A stretch of DNA of 64,000 nt from positions 11,594,001 to 11,658,000 of the forward strand of contig CM060732.1 of assembly GCA_030704615.1 (NCBI GenBank), read 5' to 3'. The notes beneath the pieces are model-generated. The model was not told the DNA's origin and did no database searches. It saw nothing but the letters and a program-made list of their open reading frames with translations. This document shows positions 46,611 to 60,210 of the stretch, in pieces. Every line of letters starts with the position of its first letter. The first letter of the stretch is position 1. This DNA comes from Takakia lepidozioides (Eukaryota; Plantae; Bryophyta). Both the position numbers and the translations under genes were made by a program.

Positions 46611-48090
46611 CTTTATCTTTTAATATTGTCACAATAAATACAAAGAAAAATCAGGTCGGCCTGAGGTCGTTTAATACTACATATAAGAGAATGTTTGGAA
46701 TGGAGGCTTTCCTGTATTTGAGGGCCTCAAGCCCTAACCCTAGGCGCAAGCCTGAAAATCTAGGGCCCGACAAGTGGGGCCTTCCCTTGCATAAAGAAAC
46801 ACAAAATTTTGTTATCTTTATGCTCTATATCACTTTAAGCCGAGAGGATGGAGGGTGAGTTAGGTGAGCTTGGCAAAAGACAGGCTAAAGTGCAATAAAT
46901 GTCAAAAGAGCATGTGAGCAAAATACAAGGAAAAAAAAGAAAATAGCACAGAAATTAACGTAAAATATGTTTCATCCTGTATTTGGTTTTTGGCATTCTC
47001 TCCAGGTACGTGGCGTGAAACGAAGGAGGTAGGAGGAGGCTGGGCGGGCCCATACTAACATGAGGCTAATATGTCCGCTCTTTTGGGTGGGCCCGCTGCT
47101 GCAGGCTCGCCTGTCCGTAGTTCCTCTTTAGGTAATGTGTCTAATGAGTTAGTGGATACGTACAAATGGCCCACCCAAGGCATTAGGGGATGTATCAAGG
47201 GGCAAAAGGGAGGGTGACTTAACGGATAACTTTATTATGTAGCCCAAGTTTCATTTCAAAAAGTGGAGGGGTGGGTGCAAAAAAGAGGGGAAGGATAGGG
47301 AGGTGAGAGGGAGAAGGGGGGTTGATGAGTGGACAGGTGGGCCCACCTGGAGGTTGACACTTGCCACCTAGAAAGAGGGGGAAGACTGTTTAACTTATGA
47401 AAGGTGGAAGAAGAGCCAATGGTGGGCTCAAATTAAAGTTTTTGGGGCATGGCAAATAGTGGGGTGGGTTTATGGAGGGTAGGACACATGGGGGGTCTGC
47501 TGGAAGGCTCCACCACTGCCACGCGGGATGAGGCCCGCCCGCCTCCCAAGGCTATATAAGGAGGTGCTAGCCTTACTACTTATACAGGAAATTAAGTACT
47601 TAAATTGATATTTAGTGGGGTCCCTCCAAGGGCCGATTACAAATATGACCAATATAGTGATAGATTAGAATTAGACAATTTGTGAAATGTAATCCACCAA
47701 AACATGAGTTTTGTTTATGGACTACTGTTATGGGGAACAAAGCTGCCTGTACAGCAATGGAAGTAAAAGTTGCCAATTTCTGTTGGACTCATGGATAAAT
47801 TTTCCCTGACTTTAACCAAAATACACAATTAGCAGCAGCAATTCCTCAGTGAAAAAATGCTCCTTGGCATCTGTGACTGCAGATCAATTAGATGTCTGGC
47901 ATTTGTTGATTGGAACTCCGATCCCCGCAAGCAACTACATGGGCAATTTGTCTCTCAAAAGGGTATGAGAAAGTGTTGCAAGCAACCATATATCCCAAAC
48001 CTCCTAACTTCGTACACTTGGGTTCATTTCCAACTGGATGCATGTCTTTTGTGATCTGTTTCTCCTTCCCTCTAAGAAGAAAGGAGATCC

Positions 48091-51000
48091 CTAAAAACCA
48101 GCTGGCCGCCCATCCTTTCTCAGATCACTCACCCCAATAAGCTTGCCAAAAAAGAGCCTGGTTGCTGAAGGTGGCTGATCACCATGATGACTGGCTGGAA
48201 GGTCCAAGCGTTGCACCACTAACTGTGAGACGGCCCCAGTGCTGCCTGATTGCAGGTGATGTCCTTTCCTATGCAGTGCTCTTCGAATGCTGGCTTTGAC
48301 CTCAATGTCATCTCCAACAGCAGTTGTCCAGTTTTCATACTCCAACACATTTGGTAACCACTGTGCACAGATAGAAGTTAGTTGAAACGAGTTTTCTTTT
48401 GTATGCACACAATGTGAGCCTCTGCACCTTCTGTAATCTCGGCTGATTATGATAATCCATAGAAAACATGTTTGTCCAAACAGGTTTTGATTCTTCTTTG
48501 GGACCAGATTCAAATTTGCATTGGGAGTTTCTTGATGAAAAAGTTACCACAGCAATGCTACTCATTCTCTAAGTATGTGCATGTCAAATGTACTGGAGCA
48601 CACCTGATGGTGGACCCTAGGTCTGGTAACAGAGTGAAGTGGGTCCACTCTCTTCACGAAGTAGTTGAGGAAGACTTGTGCAGTTGTTGTAATGATGCGG
48701 ATGCCACCACTTCCCCCGAGTACTCCCCTAAGCTGTCCATTCTGAAATCATGGAGAATTCAGATACAACGTTACAGGTTGGACCGATTAGATATTTTCCC
48801 ATTAATCTGTGTAGTGACATTTTGCATAACGAGAGAGTAATCCAGAACATCCTCTTAGTCTCCTTGCTGAGGGGTTCTAGTTTTACACGTGAATTACAGC
48901 CATGGCATCATGTGTTAAGGTCATACCTCGAGTACAATGGTGGGACTCATAGATGACAGGGGGCGTTTTCCAGGATGGACAAAATTTGCTTGGGCAGGGG
49001 GAGGTTGATTGGCTACAATGGGACCTGGGATGGAGAAATCACCCATCTCATTGTTGAGTAGAATTCCTGTTGCTTGAGACAACACTTTAGACCCAAAGGC
49101 AGTGTTCACTGTTGTGGTCATGGATGCTGCATTCCTGTTGCCGTCAATGATACTAATGTGACTGGTGCCATGATCATCCAGCACATTCCATCTGTAGTGG
49201 AAGTGAAATATTGAGATTTCAACATCAGATCAGATCTCCATTGAAGACATGCAATTTTGTCCATACAAAATAGGAGTATAACACACATCTTCTGCATGGA
49301 AAGTATGTACAATTGCACAGGATAATGGTATGTCACCTGCCTCCATAATACTTGGGGCCAAATGTGCTGTTATCACGGATTCTCCTCTGGAGCTGGGCAG
49401 CAAACTTGGGAGAGAGCATTTGAGCCAGCACTGACGTGGTATTGACGAAATCAGGGTCTCCCAAAAACTCGCGGACTGCATATGCGTTCTTGAAGGCCTC
49501 CACCATTCGATGGATGCCCAATGTGCCTTGCACTGCTTCTGGTGTTCTGTAGCTTGCAAGAATGTTGAGAATCTGGCCACCAAAACATTTTTTCAACATC
49601 TTTGCTTTTCTCCTGAGTGCAACTGGTGGTAGTACAAGCAAGTGTGCTAGCAGTTTTGAAGGGAAGTATGATGATCTGGGTGCCACATTGTGCACTGCAC
49701 TGGCAGTGCTGTACGGGTTAGAAGGAAATGAGGAGTTCCAACATTCACACTGATGACTGACACCATCATATCTTCACACCTAGAGATGGACATATTCTTG
49801 GAAGAAAGGGGGGGGCTTGTCAATGAGAAATTTGTACGGATAAGATTCCACCACCCTCACAAGTTCCATAGCAAGGTTCAGAAGCCTTGTGTATTAATGA
49901 CAAGTGTCTCTCTGGTGATTTCAAAGATGATCAATTGTAATATATGTGATCAGTTTTTTATTTCAACTTACCAAACTGAGGCATGCGCCTCCTGATGAGG
50001 GTGGTGGGAAACCGAGGAGAGTGTAACCCATTGTTTGTGTCACTAAAGGCTCCCGAATAACAACTCGGTATTTATTCAAATCATCGGCAGTAAGAATACC
50101 TCCAGCAGCCTGCACATCTGCTACAAGAATGTTTGCTGTTTCCCCACCGTAGAAGGCCTCAATTCCCCTTTGTGCCACTTTTTCCAAGGTCTTTGCCAGA
50201 TTCTTACGATAACATATATCACCAGCTCTAAGTAGGGTTCCATTTGGAGCGAATGTTTCGTGGAGCCCTTGGTGGCTTAGAATTGCTCCAGCTGATGCAT
50301 TGATAGATGCAGCCAGGTACGGTGCAACTCGGAACCCCTGGGCTAGGGAAATAGCTGGCTTGAAGAGTGAGGCCCAAGGCTTTTGCCCATAAAGCTTCCA
50401 GGCTTCGTAAAGTCCTGCCAGCTCTCCTGGAACTCCAACTGAAAGGCCCCCCAGCAATTGAGATGCATTACTCTTTGCATACATGGCCTGCAAAATAAAC
50501 GGATTTCAGCTGTGTCGCCACTAATCCTTCAGACCCACGTTCCTCTGATGCACTCAATTGCAACAAAGTCAGCAAATGACATGCAATTGCGTAGTTTGCA
50601 TAAAGGTTGTTCTTACAACCTGAGAAGCTGCTGCAGGTGCTGTTTCTCGCATATCAAAAGCTTTGGCAGTCCCATTTGCCAGTCTGACCAGCAAAAAGGC
50701 TCCACCCCCAATTCCACTGGCCATCGGATTCACAACCCCCTGGCACAGGGCAGTTGCAACCACGGCGTCCACCGCATTCCCTCCTCCTTTCAACGTGTCC
50801 CGGCCTATGACAGAGCAGCGGGCCTCATCCGCGGCGACCACCCCCACATCTGCTTCCACGATCCTCACTCGTGGGTTCGTTTGGGCAACAACAAAGGGGG
50901 CCCCCCCGCCTTGGAGGGTCGTTATAGAAACGAGAGATATGCCTATGGCGAGAATTGCTGCACATGAATAAAAATGAATTGGTGATGGCGGAAGAATCTA

Positions 51001-51271
51001 TCTCTTCCCCCCTTATGTGTACACATCCGGAGCTTAAGTTACTTGCCTGCATATAGCGAACACGTCTATGAATCCAGGGGAAAACTTGATGTGCGTAGGG
51101 TCCTCAAATGTAGCAAGACATTATTAAGTTGTGGATGGAGGCCTCGACCAAATCGAGGTCGGTTTCTAGTGGGGGGCAAAGAGACGCCACTTTTACTGAC
51201 CATCCAAACCAGAGTACAAATGAGTGGGCGGTTACCCAGCCCAGCTTCCGGGCAGGTTTCACTGAGGACAT
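48091..51271 (-). CDS. GGT: Gamma-glutamyl transpeptidase / glutathione hydrolase (start codon uncertain)
   Basis: Exons at about 50957-50620, 50487-49972, 49571-49336, 49191-48927, 48742-48604 and 48361-48091; GGNAVDA, SGIGGG, DMRETAP, VGVPGELAG, catalytic HGTSH, LNNEMGDF, KRPLSSMSP, SDLRKDG. Confidence 0.93.
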
Positions 51272-51949
51272 GGTGGCGGGAACACTCGTGTGTATCCAGA
51301 GCTGGACACAGATTGAATCAAATCCAAGGGAAGATGCAATAGCTTGACATAGAATATAGGCTTTAATTCAATGAAGTTCTCGGCATAAGAATGCCCGGAA
51401 CCAGTTCTATGGAGTGCACCCCCGATTTGCAAGCTTGCCGAGCACATGAAGAGATCTCCAACATCGAGAAAGTGATTCAATCCAATTGGTATCGGTATTT
51501 AGTAAAAGTATAGTCTTTAGAACTGCGAACGTTCCACAATGAGCGTATCTCGATGCAGCAGCCAAGACATTTGGGCAAGCGAAAAAAGATAGGAAAGATG
51601 GAGCACTCACAAAGCATCCGTGACGCTCTTGCATGGCAACGCTCCAAACTGTGTGACTGCGTGGACTTGGAGGTGGAGAAATGAACGCTTTCCCTACAAT
51701 CAGTGCCCATGTCGAGAATGTCGAGAGACACCCACATGCACACACAGATCCTAAAATGGACCAGAGTCCGTCTGTCTGGAGACGAGAAGCAGACAAACGC
51801 ACATTGCTGTATGGAACGAGGCCTACTCCATCGACAATGACAAAACCGGTGTTATGGAAAGCTGAGGAAGCTCGCCTTTTGCTTGCGAGACTTTGCACTG
51901 ATCTACTCTTGAGATTTCGCAATTTGGTACTTGCTTCTCTTTCCTTTCC

Positions 51950-52332
51950 CAGTGTTTTTTTTTTCACTTTTCCAAAATCGCAGGCAGGGCGACATGTAGA
52001 TTCTACCCAGTGCCCATATGGTGAGATTAACGAGGTGACCTAGTTAGAAAAGTGGCCATATTACAGGTGTCATATTTTAACAGGTCCACGTACGACAAGT
52101 CTGGCTCCTGATATTTGACCATTGGCGCTTTCTGGCGATTTTCTTAATTTTTACTCTCGTAATTCCTTAGTAAAAGGAGCTGACCCATTTTCCAGGTCGA
52201 AATCTGGCGAAAAAACCTGTAATGTAGCCTCATTTCTAGCTCTGTCACCTCGTTATTCTCGCCACACGGGCGTTGGGGAGAATCTACATGTCGCCCTGCC
52301 TGCGATTTTGGAAAAGTGAAAAAAAAACACTG
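51950..52332. mobile_element. MITE with long TIRs (CAGTG termini) and 6-bp CTTTCC flanking duplication
   Basis: ~55-bp near-perfect TIR extending imperfectly to ~90 bp; CTTTCC at 51944-51949 and 52333-52338. Confidence 0.88.
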
Positions 52333-52645
52333 CTTTCCAGGCTTTCATCCAAGCATGCAACAGTAGCACGTCTCCAAAAGCTGCATCTTGAAATGGGCTA
52401 ATAACTTACACCGAAATCTCATTCGATGCCGAAGAAGTCTCGTTCTTTTGTTTGATCGCCCACTTTTTCATCAACTCATTTTGCCACGCAAGTGTCCCGA
52501 CACAGTCACGTGATGAGGCCGAGATTAGGATCAGGGCGGTCCCTCCAAACACGTGACACGCTCGAAACCGTAGATACTAGATACATGGCAGCAGGTGATT
52601 CAATGTCACTCATGACTATCCGTCGATTTCCAAAAGTGACCAGAC

Positions 52646-53286
52646 CAGTGTTGGCCCGGTATACCTGGTACGGAATACACATACGAGTACATGTATTGAA
52701 GAACATACCAGTCGGGTATGATGAACCAATATACTCAGGTGATACATGTGCTTAGGGGAGTATGTCTTTAGGGTTTCACCCACACATACCATACCAGTTT
52801 GGGTAAGCGGAGGCATAGCAAGGTCCCCATACCAGTATTGCTGAGAGTTTATGGCGGATGGAGCTAGGCATGAGTATACGTTAGTGCAGCTAGTCGCAAT
52901 CTGTACTACCATTTTGTTAATTCAGGGTTCCCTGCTGCAACTCAGACTTCATTTGCCTTCCACTGTTTCATGCTCCTTTGGGTTTGCGGTTCTCAGTTCA
53001 TAGTCTAGACTACAATTAGCTGTGTGCTTAATGACACTTATTCCTAAGTTATGTATGGTGAGCAGTAGAAGTACGATATAGACCCCAGTATCACCTTAAA
53101 AAAAGAGGTAGTACCGATACCATACTCATATACAGACCAAAATACAACTATGCATACCAGATTCATACCCAAGTTGTCATACCTGTATGGATACCTGTAC
53201 CAGGGGCCTGGTATGAAAAAAGGGGTGGGACCCTTCATACCGGGACGAGTCTGGTATTAGAAAATGGACATACCAGCCCAACACTG
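52646..53286. mobile_element. Non-autonomous hAT-type element
   Basis: TIR CAGTGTTGG/CCAACACTG; many ATACC/GGTAT subterminal motifs; 8-bp flanks GACCAGAC and GACCGGAG. Confidence 0.75.
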
Positions 53287-54811
53287 GACCGGAGCACGCG
53301 CGATCTATAGTGAGAGAAGAGGAAACATTCTTGACAGATGTGTAGCGCTATAGTATAGTATATTTGAGAGGTGCAAAGCGCAAACGTTAGGTGGAAAGTT
53401 GGACAAAGTAAAGCTGTCGGTCAATGATGCTCGAGTGTGTGAAGTCGACAATCAGGGAGAACTTTTTCGAGGATCTACAAGAGTAGATCCTTAATGATTG
53501 AGTACCTTGGTACATTCCAGGCAGAGCTGCTGTCTTGAATGTTTGCCGATATACATACTAGATATACATACTAGATACTTTGTCGTAAGTATGCAACTGC
53601 CACAGATCAAGGCTGCACCTGTGATCTTTGAGCCGTCTCTCACGAGTGAACTTTTCTTGAGGTGGAATTGTCGTTTGGGTCTCACGATTGGTATGATATG
53701 TTTATTCATACCATGCCGAGCATGTCACCCTGGATGATCCTTTCTTGTTACCAGGCCCATCTTCTGTCGGAACTCGAGACCACTGATTGCGGGATAAAAG
53801 ATTATTCTTCCAGTCGATGGCCAATGCTCATTGCTGGGTGGAGCTAAGGCATCTGAGCCACGTCTCGCAAAGAATGAGTTAACAGCCTCCGAAGCGTCAG
53901 CAATTGGCGAATCTTCGCTCTTTCCAAGAGAACTGCGGAATAGCTTTAGTTCTAACTGCAAGTTAGCATCGAAAAACATAGTACATACATTTTCAGAACG
54001 GCGCGTGAATGCATTTCGTTCAACGAATGTTTCAGAACAGCGCGTGAATGTATTTCGTTCAACGAATGTTTAGTACAACATTTTGCATTTCACATTTACT
54101 CCTCTTACGTGATGTGCACGTGTTCCAGTAGTTCATACAAAGTTGCGGTTGGGAGATTAGGTCAGTCCAGTTTAAGAGAGTGTTAGTGCGAATTAGACGT
54201 TCATTTGGACATTTAGGAGTAGATTAGATCCATTCATAACACCAGTGTAGACTCAATAGTTCCGACAAAATTCATAAATGATGAATGCATCATTCTGTGT
54301 TCTCCGTGTTGCAGTGATTTAAACAGCAAATGGTTGGAAACCCAAGGGAGCTAGGCGCTAATGGAAATTGGAAATGGAGACAACTTGACAGCTAATTTGA
54401 AGGCATACTTGACAAACCAGACGTTTCCTTCGGGATCAGCAAATACAAATTCACACACATTGATTAATCAAACCCAGATCATCTCAACAAATCAGCATTG
54501 TATAGATTTTACGCTCAACTGTTGCACACCCAAATCACCAGATTACATAAACTGCGTTATTTAGACTTGTAGAATGTTCACCTGACGCAGTCCACCAAAA
54601 TACGAGCCATAAAAGTTTTCAAGTAAGAACAAAGACTTGGCTTCATCATAATTCTGGTTGCTGCTGTGCATTTGAAGAGTAGGTCCCTGGACATCGAATT
54701 ATACACTTATATATACTACTCTCTCCGACGATTGTTGAAAACCTGCTGCATAGAGTAGGGCAATCGACAAGCCCTGCAGCTAGTCTGGGGTGATTGGTCT
54801 ATTTAAAGCTA

Positions 54812-55138
54812 CTAGTTCCAGCCGTCAAACTCATTCCATACTTCGTTTCCTGATGGGCCTGGTGCAAGCCAGTCGAACCCCCTAGGGGTTGCCCGCCACT
54901 CACAATGATCACCGCAGTTGAGAAACCTGCCGTAGGGTGACAAAGGGGGCGCCCACACAATAAACATGTTCTGCTTCTGCACCCACACAAAGTTGCAGAA
55001 TAGCTTGGTGCTCAATGCATCGGCGGGCACTGGAAACGTATAATGCTCACCCGGAAGCATGAAGTGCTGACCCTTCTTCACAGTGCCGCCCTCACAGGTC
55101 ACCACAATGCTTGCACTCATTGCATTAAGGATATCCAC
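54812..55138 (-). CDS. S-protein homolog (plant self-incompatibility S1 fold)-like exon; upstream exon(s) unresolved
   Basis: V.I.N....I.V.C..PGEHYTF..LFCNFVW..F.VW..C...CEW.....GF..W pattern with 4 Cys, preceded by an AG acceptor. Confidence 0.6.
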   Translation of the reverse strand: MDILNAMSASIVVTCEGGTVKKGQHFMLPGEHYTFPVPADALSTKLFCNFVWVQKQNMFIVWAPPLSPYGRFLNCGDHCEWRATPRGFDWLAPGPSGNEVWNEFDGWN

Positions 55139-56275
55139 CTGTGCCAACATAAATTAGAAGGGCAGAAAAACACCAGGTTTGAGGAGAGCTTACATCCACA
55201 GGTTGGAAGCACCAACACTACAACATCAGGCAATAAGGCTGCTTCAGGAGCAGCTGTAGCATAGGTGAAACATGCGAAATTGGCACTAATTATACTATCA
55301 CCATGGCCCAACTGAGACAGCACCCCAACCTTGGAAGGCCTAAAAAATGCAGAGCTTCCAAGCCAAAACGCCACATACATCTTTACGTTAACAAGGACAT
55401 ACTTTCACTTCACAGAAGTGAAACATCCTACAATGTAGGCTTCGATGGTGTCCTATAATTTAACACCGTAAATGAAGCAGCTCAAGCTCAGTGTCGCTTC
55501 GAAGGAATGGGGCAACAACTTTATTGTATACAAGCTCATCACGTCCAATTGAACACTACTTCAAAACACACTGAATGTGAAAGCTGAAGGAGCGAAACTT
55601 GAGACCTCACTGTCAGGGAAATCAGCGGGAGAAAATGGGTTGAACATACAGCCGCGGCTTAAAATACACAAGAGTAAATTAAGTTCCGAAGGAAGTACAG
55701 CGCAGAGCTACGACCTTTCAGCGTGGGAGAACACCGATAGAACTGGACGTTGGTTTGTAAAGCGTCATTTAAACCAACGTAAATTACTGTGGATCAGTCA
55801 ACCGCTGGTGATACCTGTGGCAACGGAAGGGAGCTCGCCGGCATGCTGAACATCAGCATCACCAACAATGTTGCCACCATCATCTGAGCCATCTTGTAAT
55901 GACCAGCCATCGCCTTTTACTGGATCGATCACGAGCTTACACGGCGAAGATCCGAAGGTCGAGAAGTGATACCTCTGGCCGGAGAGCTGGGGCTTTACAG
56001 GAAGCAGTACTGTACCTGAGTAGGTAGACAGGAAAAATATAGAACCTCCTGGAAAAACCACTACTTTGATGAGGGAAAGAAGGCGAGTCTGTGGATATCA
56101 GACGGGACAACGAACACCTCAGAGAACAGAGTAAATGCCGAAGAGATCTACCTCGCAAGTACTGAGATCTAAGTGCTACATAGAAGCAGGAGATACCCTG
56201 AGAGAGTGAGATAAACAGAAGCAGACTACGAAGCCGCACAAACTGCTCTCCTCACACCCGAGAGTTGTGAACCAT

Positions 56276-56316
<41 letters not shown>

Positions 56317-56688
56317 GAGATGGAGTGGGCGAGCAGCGCATAAGTAGGAGACGGGACAGAGGTGGCGCCGTCACGAGGACGGACGGCGCATCGCTCTCCA
56401 GCGACCGAGAGGGCACGCCATCCTCGCCGCCGTTGTGAGATAAAGGCGAGAGCGACGGCGTCGTGCGAGCCCCGGCAGGCAACCGGCGATGGCGCTCAGA
56501 GTGGGTGCGCATTATTAGGCACGTGGCCGATCACCCGCAATCCTGTCCGTACCGCCCCTCCTCCTAATCACGATTATTCCTGATCGCCCCCTCTACTCAC
56601 ACTTTATTCTCCTAATTACTCTACTAGGTACTAAGTCTACTTCTACTTTATACAGTGTATACAGTTGTGAATGCTACATAGTCTGGTA

Positions 56689-57116
56689 AGGTAGAAACAC
56701 CTAAAGGTTCCACCTTAAAGATTTATTGACCTTAAAGTAACCTCCCACCTTAAGGAAAACGGAGCTCAAGGTCCATTTGGATTGAACTCAATCCTGATCG
56801 TTGATCTAGGTGAAACTCAATTGGGATCGTTGATCACGGAATGTGATCCCCTCTCCTACATGTTAAGATTCATTCTTCGTGTCTGGACTTGATAATGCTC
56901 TCAAAGAGAGCGCCTGTGGTTATTAACTTGTCCATTAAGTTAAGTGGTGTCATCATGAACATGTACGAGTTAAAAGGGTTCATTGGGGTTCCATTGTGGC
57001 CCACCACATGACCTAATTTGGACCACTTGTGATCAAAGCACCTTTTAAAGATGGCATATGGTTAGTTTTATGTATTTTTCTAGGGGTCAGTTTTGGGTAC
57101 CCGCTTGTTTCTACCT
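56689..57116. mobile_element. Possible MITE
   Basis: Short TIR AGGTAGAAACA/TGTTTCTACCT flanked by TA. Confidence 0.4.
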
Positions 57117-59276
57117 TAAGTAGATTTTTCTTATATTATTTACTGGCATGGTGCTTTTCTCCTGATTTACCTTTTTGTTTAATTATTTAATTTACCTCCC
57201 TACCTCGCCCTGATACTCAAATGACACTCATAATCATTTTTTTGGGTATAAATCCATGAGTAATAAGTATGTTGGTCATGGAGTTTCCCCATGCGTTCCT
57301 CAGTGGTTATTTTTTCCCTCTTTTTTAATATCTTCTCAGGGCCTCCTTCAAAAGAGGAAGCAAAAAAAAGTATGTTATATAGTTCCTCCATGGAAAAACA
57401 AAAGTGAAGATCTCACAATTTCGCATTTGCAAAGATGGTATAAAATGAAACATACACTGCTGAAGCAGTTCGAACATACCAACAATGCGACAAATAACAA
57501 GGGAACCAAAGAAATCATCACCAACAACATATGGTGCGACAAATAATATAGGACTGTTGAGAGACGAAATGTGAGGTTTACACTTTCTGTGTTCTTCACG
57601 TAGTAATAAAATTGAATGCAAAGGACAGATTTGAAGTGGAGTGAACTAAATGTGATAGAACTGAATATGTAATGAAATTGAATGTGAAGGGAGAAATCTG
57701 AAGGGGGAAGTAACTACTAACTAAAGTGAACTAAACTATAATGGGGCAGAAGGGACAAACTAAAGGGACTAGAGCACTCACCACTCCCATGAAAGGGTGG
57801 CAGTGGGTGTCCTGGAATGTCATATTATAAACTTGTATATATGAGTGTAACAATGGGACCTTGCAAGTATGTTGCCAGTTACTTGGTATGAGATTAGTGA
57901 GTAGTACATTAATTAGTAAGGGGACAAGGGAGTTAAGTGAGGGGACAAGAAGAATCTCAGGCACTTCATTCTAGTATCCATCATATTTCCCACAAGTTTG
58001 TAATACCTCAGCTATTTCTATAGATTATGTGTTTGTTTTTATTGACTTTTTGTGGTGATTTGAAGCAGATGCAAAGCTTTAGCTTCAGAGTTTTGGCAAG
58101 AACTAAGAACACTAATAACTTTTGTTTAAAAAGCAACACCAATAACTAATAACCTTGGAATGATCATCACTTGAATATGTCTATGATCTATCGTGGCGGC
58201 CTCCCATTATCACTTGCTCTCTCCAAGCCCCATCACCAGGTTTGCACTTAAGGTACCAGATTACAACGAACGGGCCCTCTGCAACATCACCCCTAAGTTC
58301 CATGAAGACCAAGAGTCTGGTTTGGGCATGCTGCAAGCCGGATCATGATGCGAATTGGGCACATTGCTTGCAATCTAGTGTGGTGGGCACGGTATAAACG
58401 TATGAACCGTAGTGAGAGGACGAGAATTATGAGAGTTGAATTTTTCCATAAAGTTGTAATGAGGTGCATGAATCAGTACTGCAGTGAATATACCTTTCCT
58501 CGCCCCACCCTTATGAGATGGACGGCCCTCTAGCCTACTGGAGACTCTACAGGAGACTCATCAGCGGAGGAGGACATGTGAACTACGGATCGATCCGGGA
58601 TGCTTGGGATGCGTAAGAGTACAGTAAAAAAACTCCGTCTGCACTGTCGGTCGGTCGGTCTACCAACCGTAGTTGATGAGTTGCAGACAAGATCGAACTA
58701 AGGCTTTGGCCTCCAGAAGATATTACAGGCATTTCTATGTGCCTTCAGACCGTCCATTGGGCCCTCGATGGCCTGTGTGTTGAGCAGTAGGCTCTGTAAA
58801 TTCACTGGACGTTAAAGAAACTTTATCTTTATCTTTATCCTTCGGAGGCTCAAGTTTCCACACCTAATTCACTAGCGCCTGCAGTCCGTTAATCTCTTTC
58901 CCAACTGGCTGTACACTCAACTTCAAAGCAAGGAACGTACGAGCTTCATGGTGATCACCGATCAGCATTTGTGCGGGGGCTCATTTAGGGTTCACACTTC
59001 ACACCAGAGCCTCATTGCGGCTAAGTAAGTAGCATTGTGTGTTGCTAGCCGAAATGGACCAGCAGATCAGTGCTGGAGTACAGGTCACGCAAGTCCTCCT
59101 GCACCTACCTAGATCTTGGTACCGCAACGCCCACCTGTCTCTTGAATCTGTGGTCAGTGCTCATACTCTGTCCAGCTGCACGTGTACTCTTGCTTAATAC
59201 TAGCCGGGTTTCAGATGGTCACACCTAGGCTAACTTGTATTTAGACCAAGCTTGCTTGTTCCAGTGTAAGTTATTA

Positions 59277-59588
59277 GGGCCACTTTACACTATGGACCAA
59301 GACCAAGACCAAGCGGAAATGGAGCATTCTTCTTGGTCGAGGGCCGAAAATTGGTCCCAAGGGCTTCACACTAGGGACCAAGACCAAGCGGAAATGGCCA
59401 GCCAATATGCTTACATGGCACCTACTTTTGGCGCAAACTTGTTGGTCCAGACCAAGGAAAAGGAACCCTCCTGATAGCTGGGCCCAACTCTTTGCCTCAG
59501 GGCCAAGACGTTGGACCAAGACCAGCCCAAGAGTGGCACTTCTTGGTCCCACGATTTCTTGGTCTTGGTCCGTAGTGTAAAGTGGCCC
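59277..59588. mobile_element. PIF/Harbinger (Tourist-like) MITE
   Basis: ~30-bp TIR GGGCCACTTTACACTA.GGACCAAGACCAAG; TTA on both sides. Confidence 0.9.
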
Positions 59589-60210
59589 TTATTCTGTGTA
59601 GGCAAGAGTAGCAGTCTCAAGCCCTAAGTGTTGTATCGACTAATTTGGGCCTAATTCAATCGGACAAATAGAAGTTACTCCCAGGAAGTAAACTGACCTG
59701 TAATCACTTCTAGGAAAGGACAATTGAGGAACCCGTGGAAAAGAAATTGGCCGGGACAAATCAATAGACTGACATTGCAAGAAGGAAAAAACTTATATTG
59801 GCATTTCCCATGCAATTTGATATCATGGTCTTCCAAAACCACCCAATATATGGGCACTCAAAAAACCTACCTATCGAGATTGCAGTCAGCAACCCAAAAG
59901 TGAATAAGACAGACTTCACTCAGAGCCTTGTAGGTGCAAAGTGCAACTATAAATATCTGTACAAGCTGTCTGATAGAACCACCTGTCAGCAGATCTACAT
60001 AGCTATTGTGTGGACATGGGTGTTTCACTTAAAATGAAGGAGCTCATCTAGTACCATAGCCATGAAATTTTCCCTATTTTGTGATATAAAAAGAGTCTTT
60101 GGCATAATATGAAGACAATTCTGCCCCTCCCCTTTCACAATTTTCTGACTTCAATTGAACAGTCCATTGGTACAACCGATGACATTCAACTCAAGCTTTG
60201 AGAGCGTCCT

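Noticed and set aside
53991-54071. 39-bp direct duplication
   Set aside because: Simple local two-copy duplication with no further structure
55798-56280. Possible upstream exons of a secreted protein
   Set aside because: In-frame TGA shortly after the ATG and no recognisable homology, so no gene model can be supported
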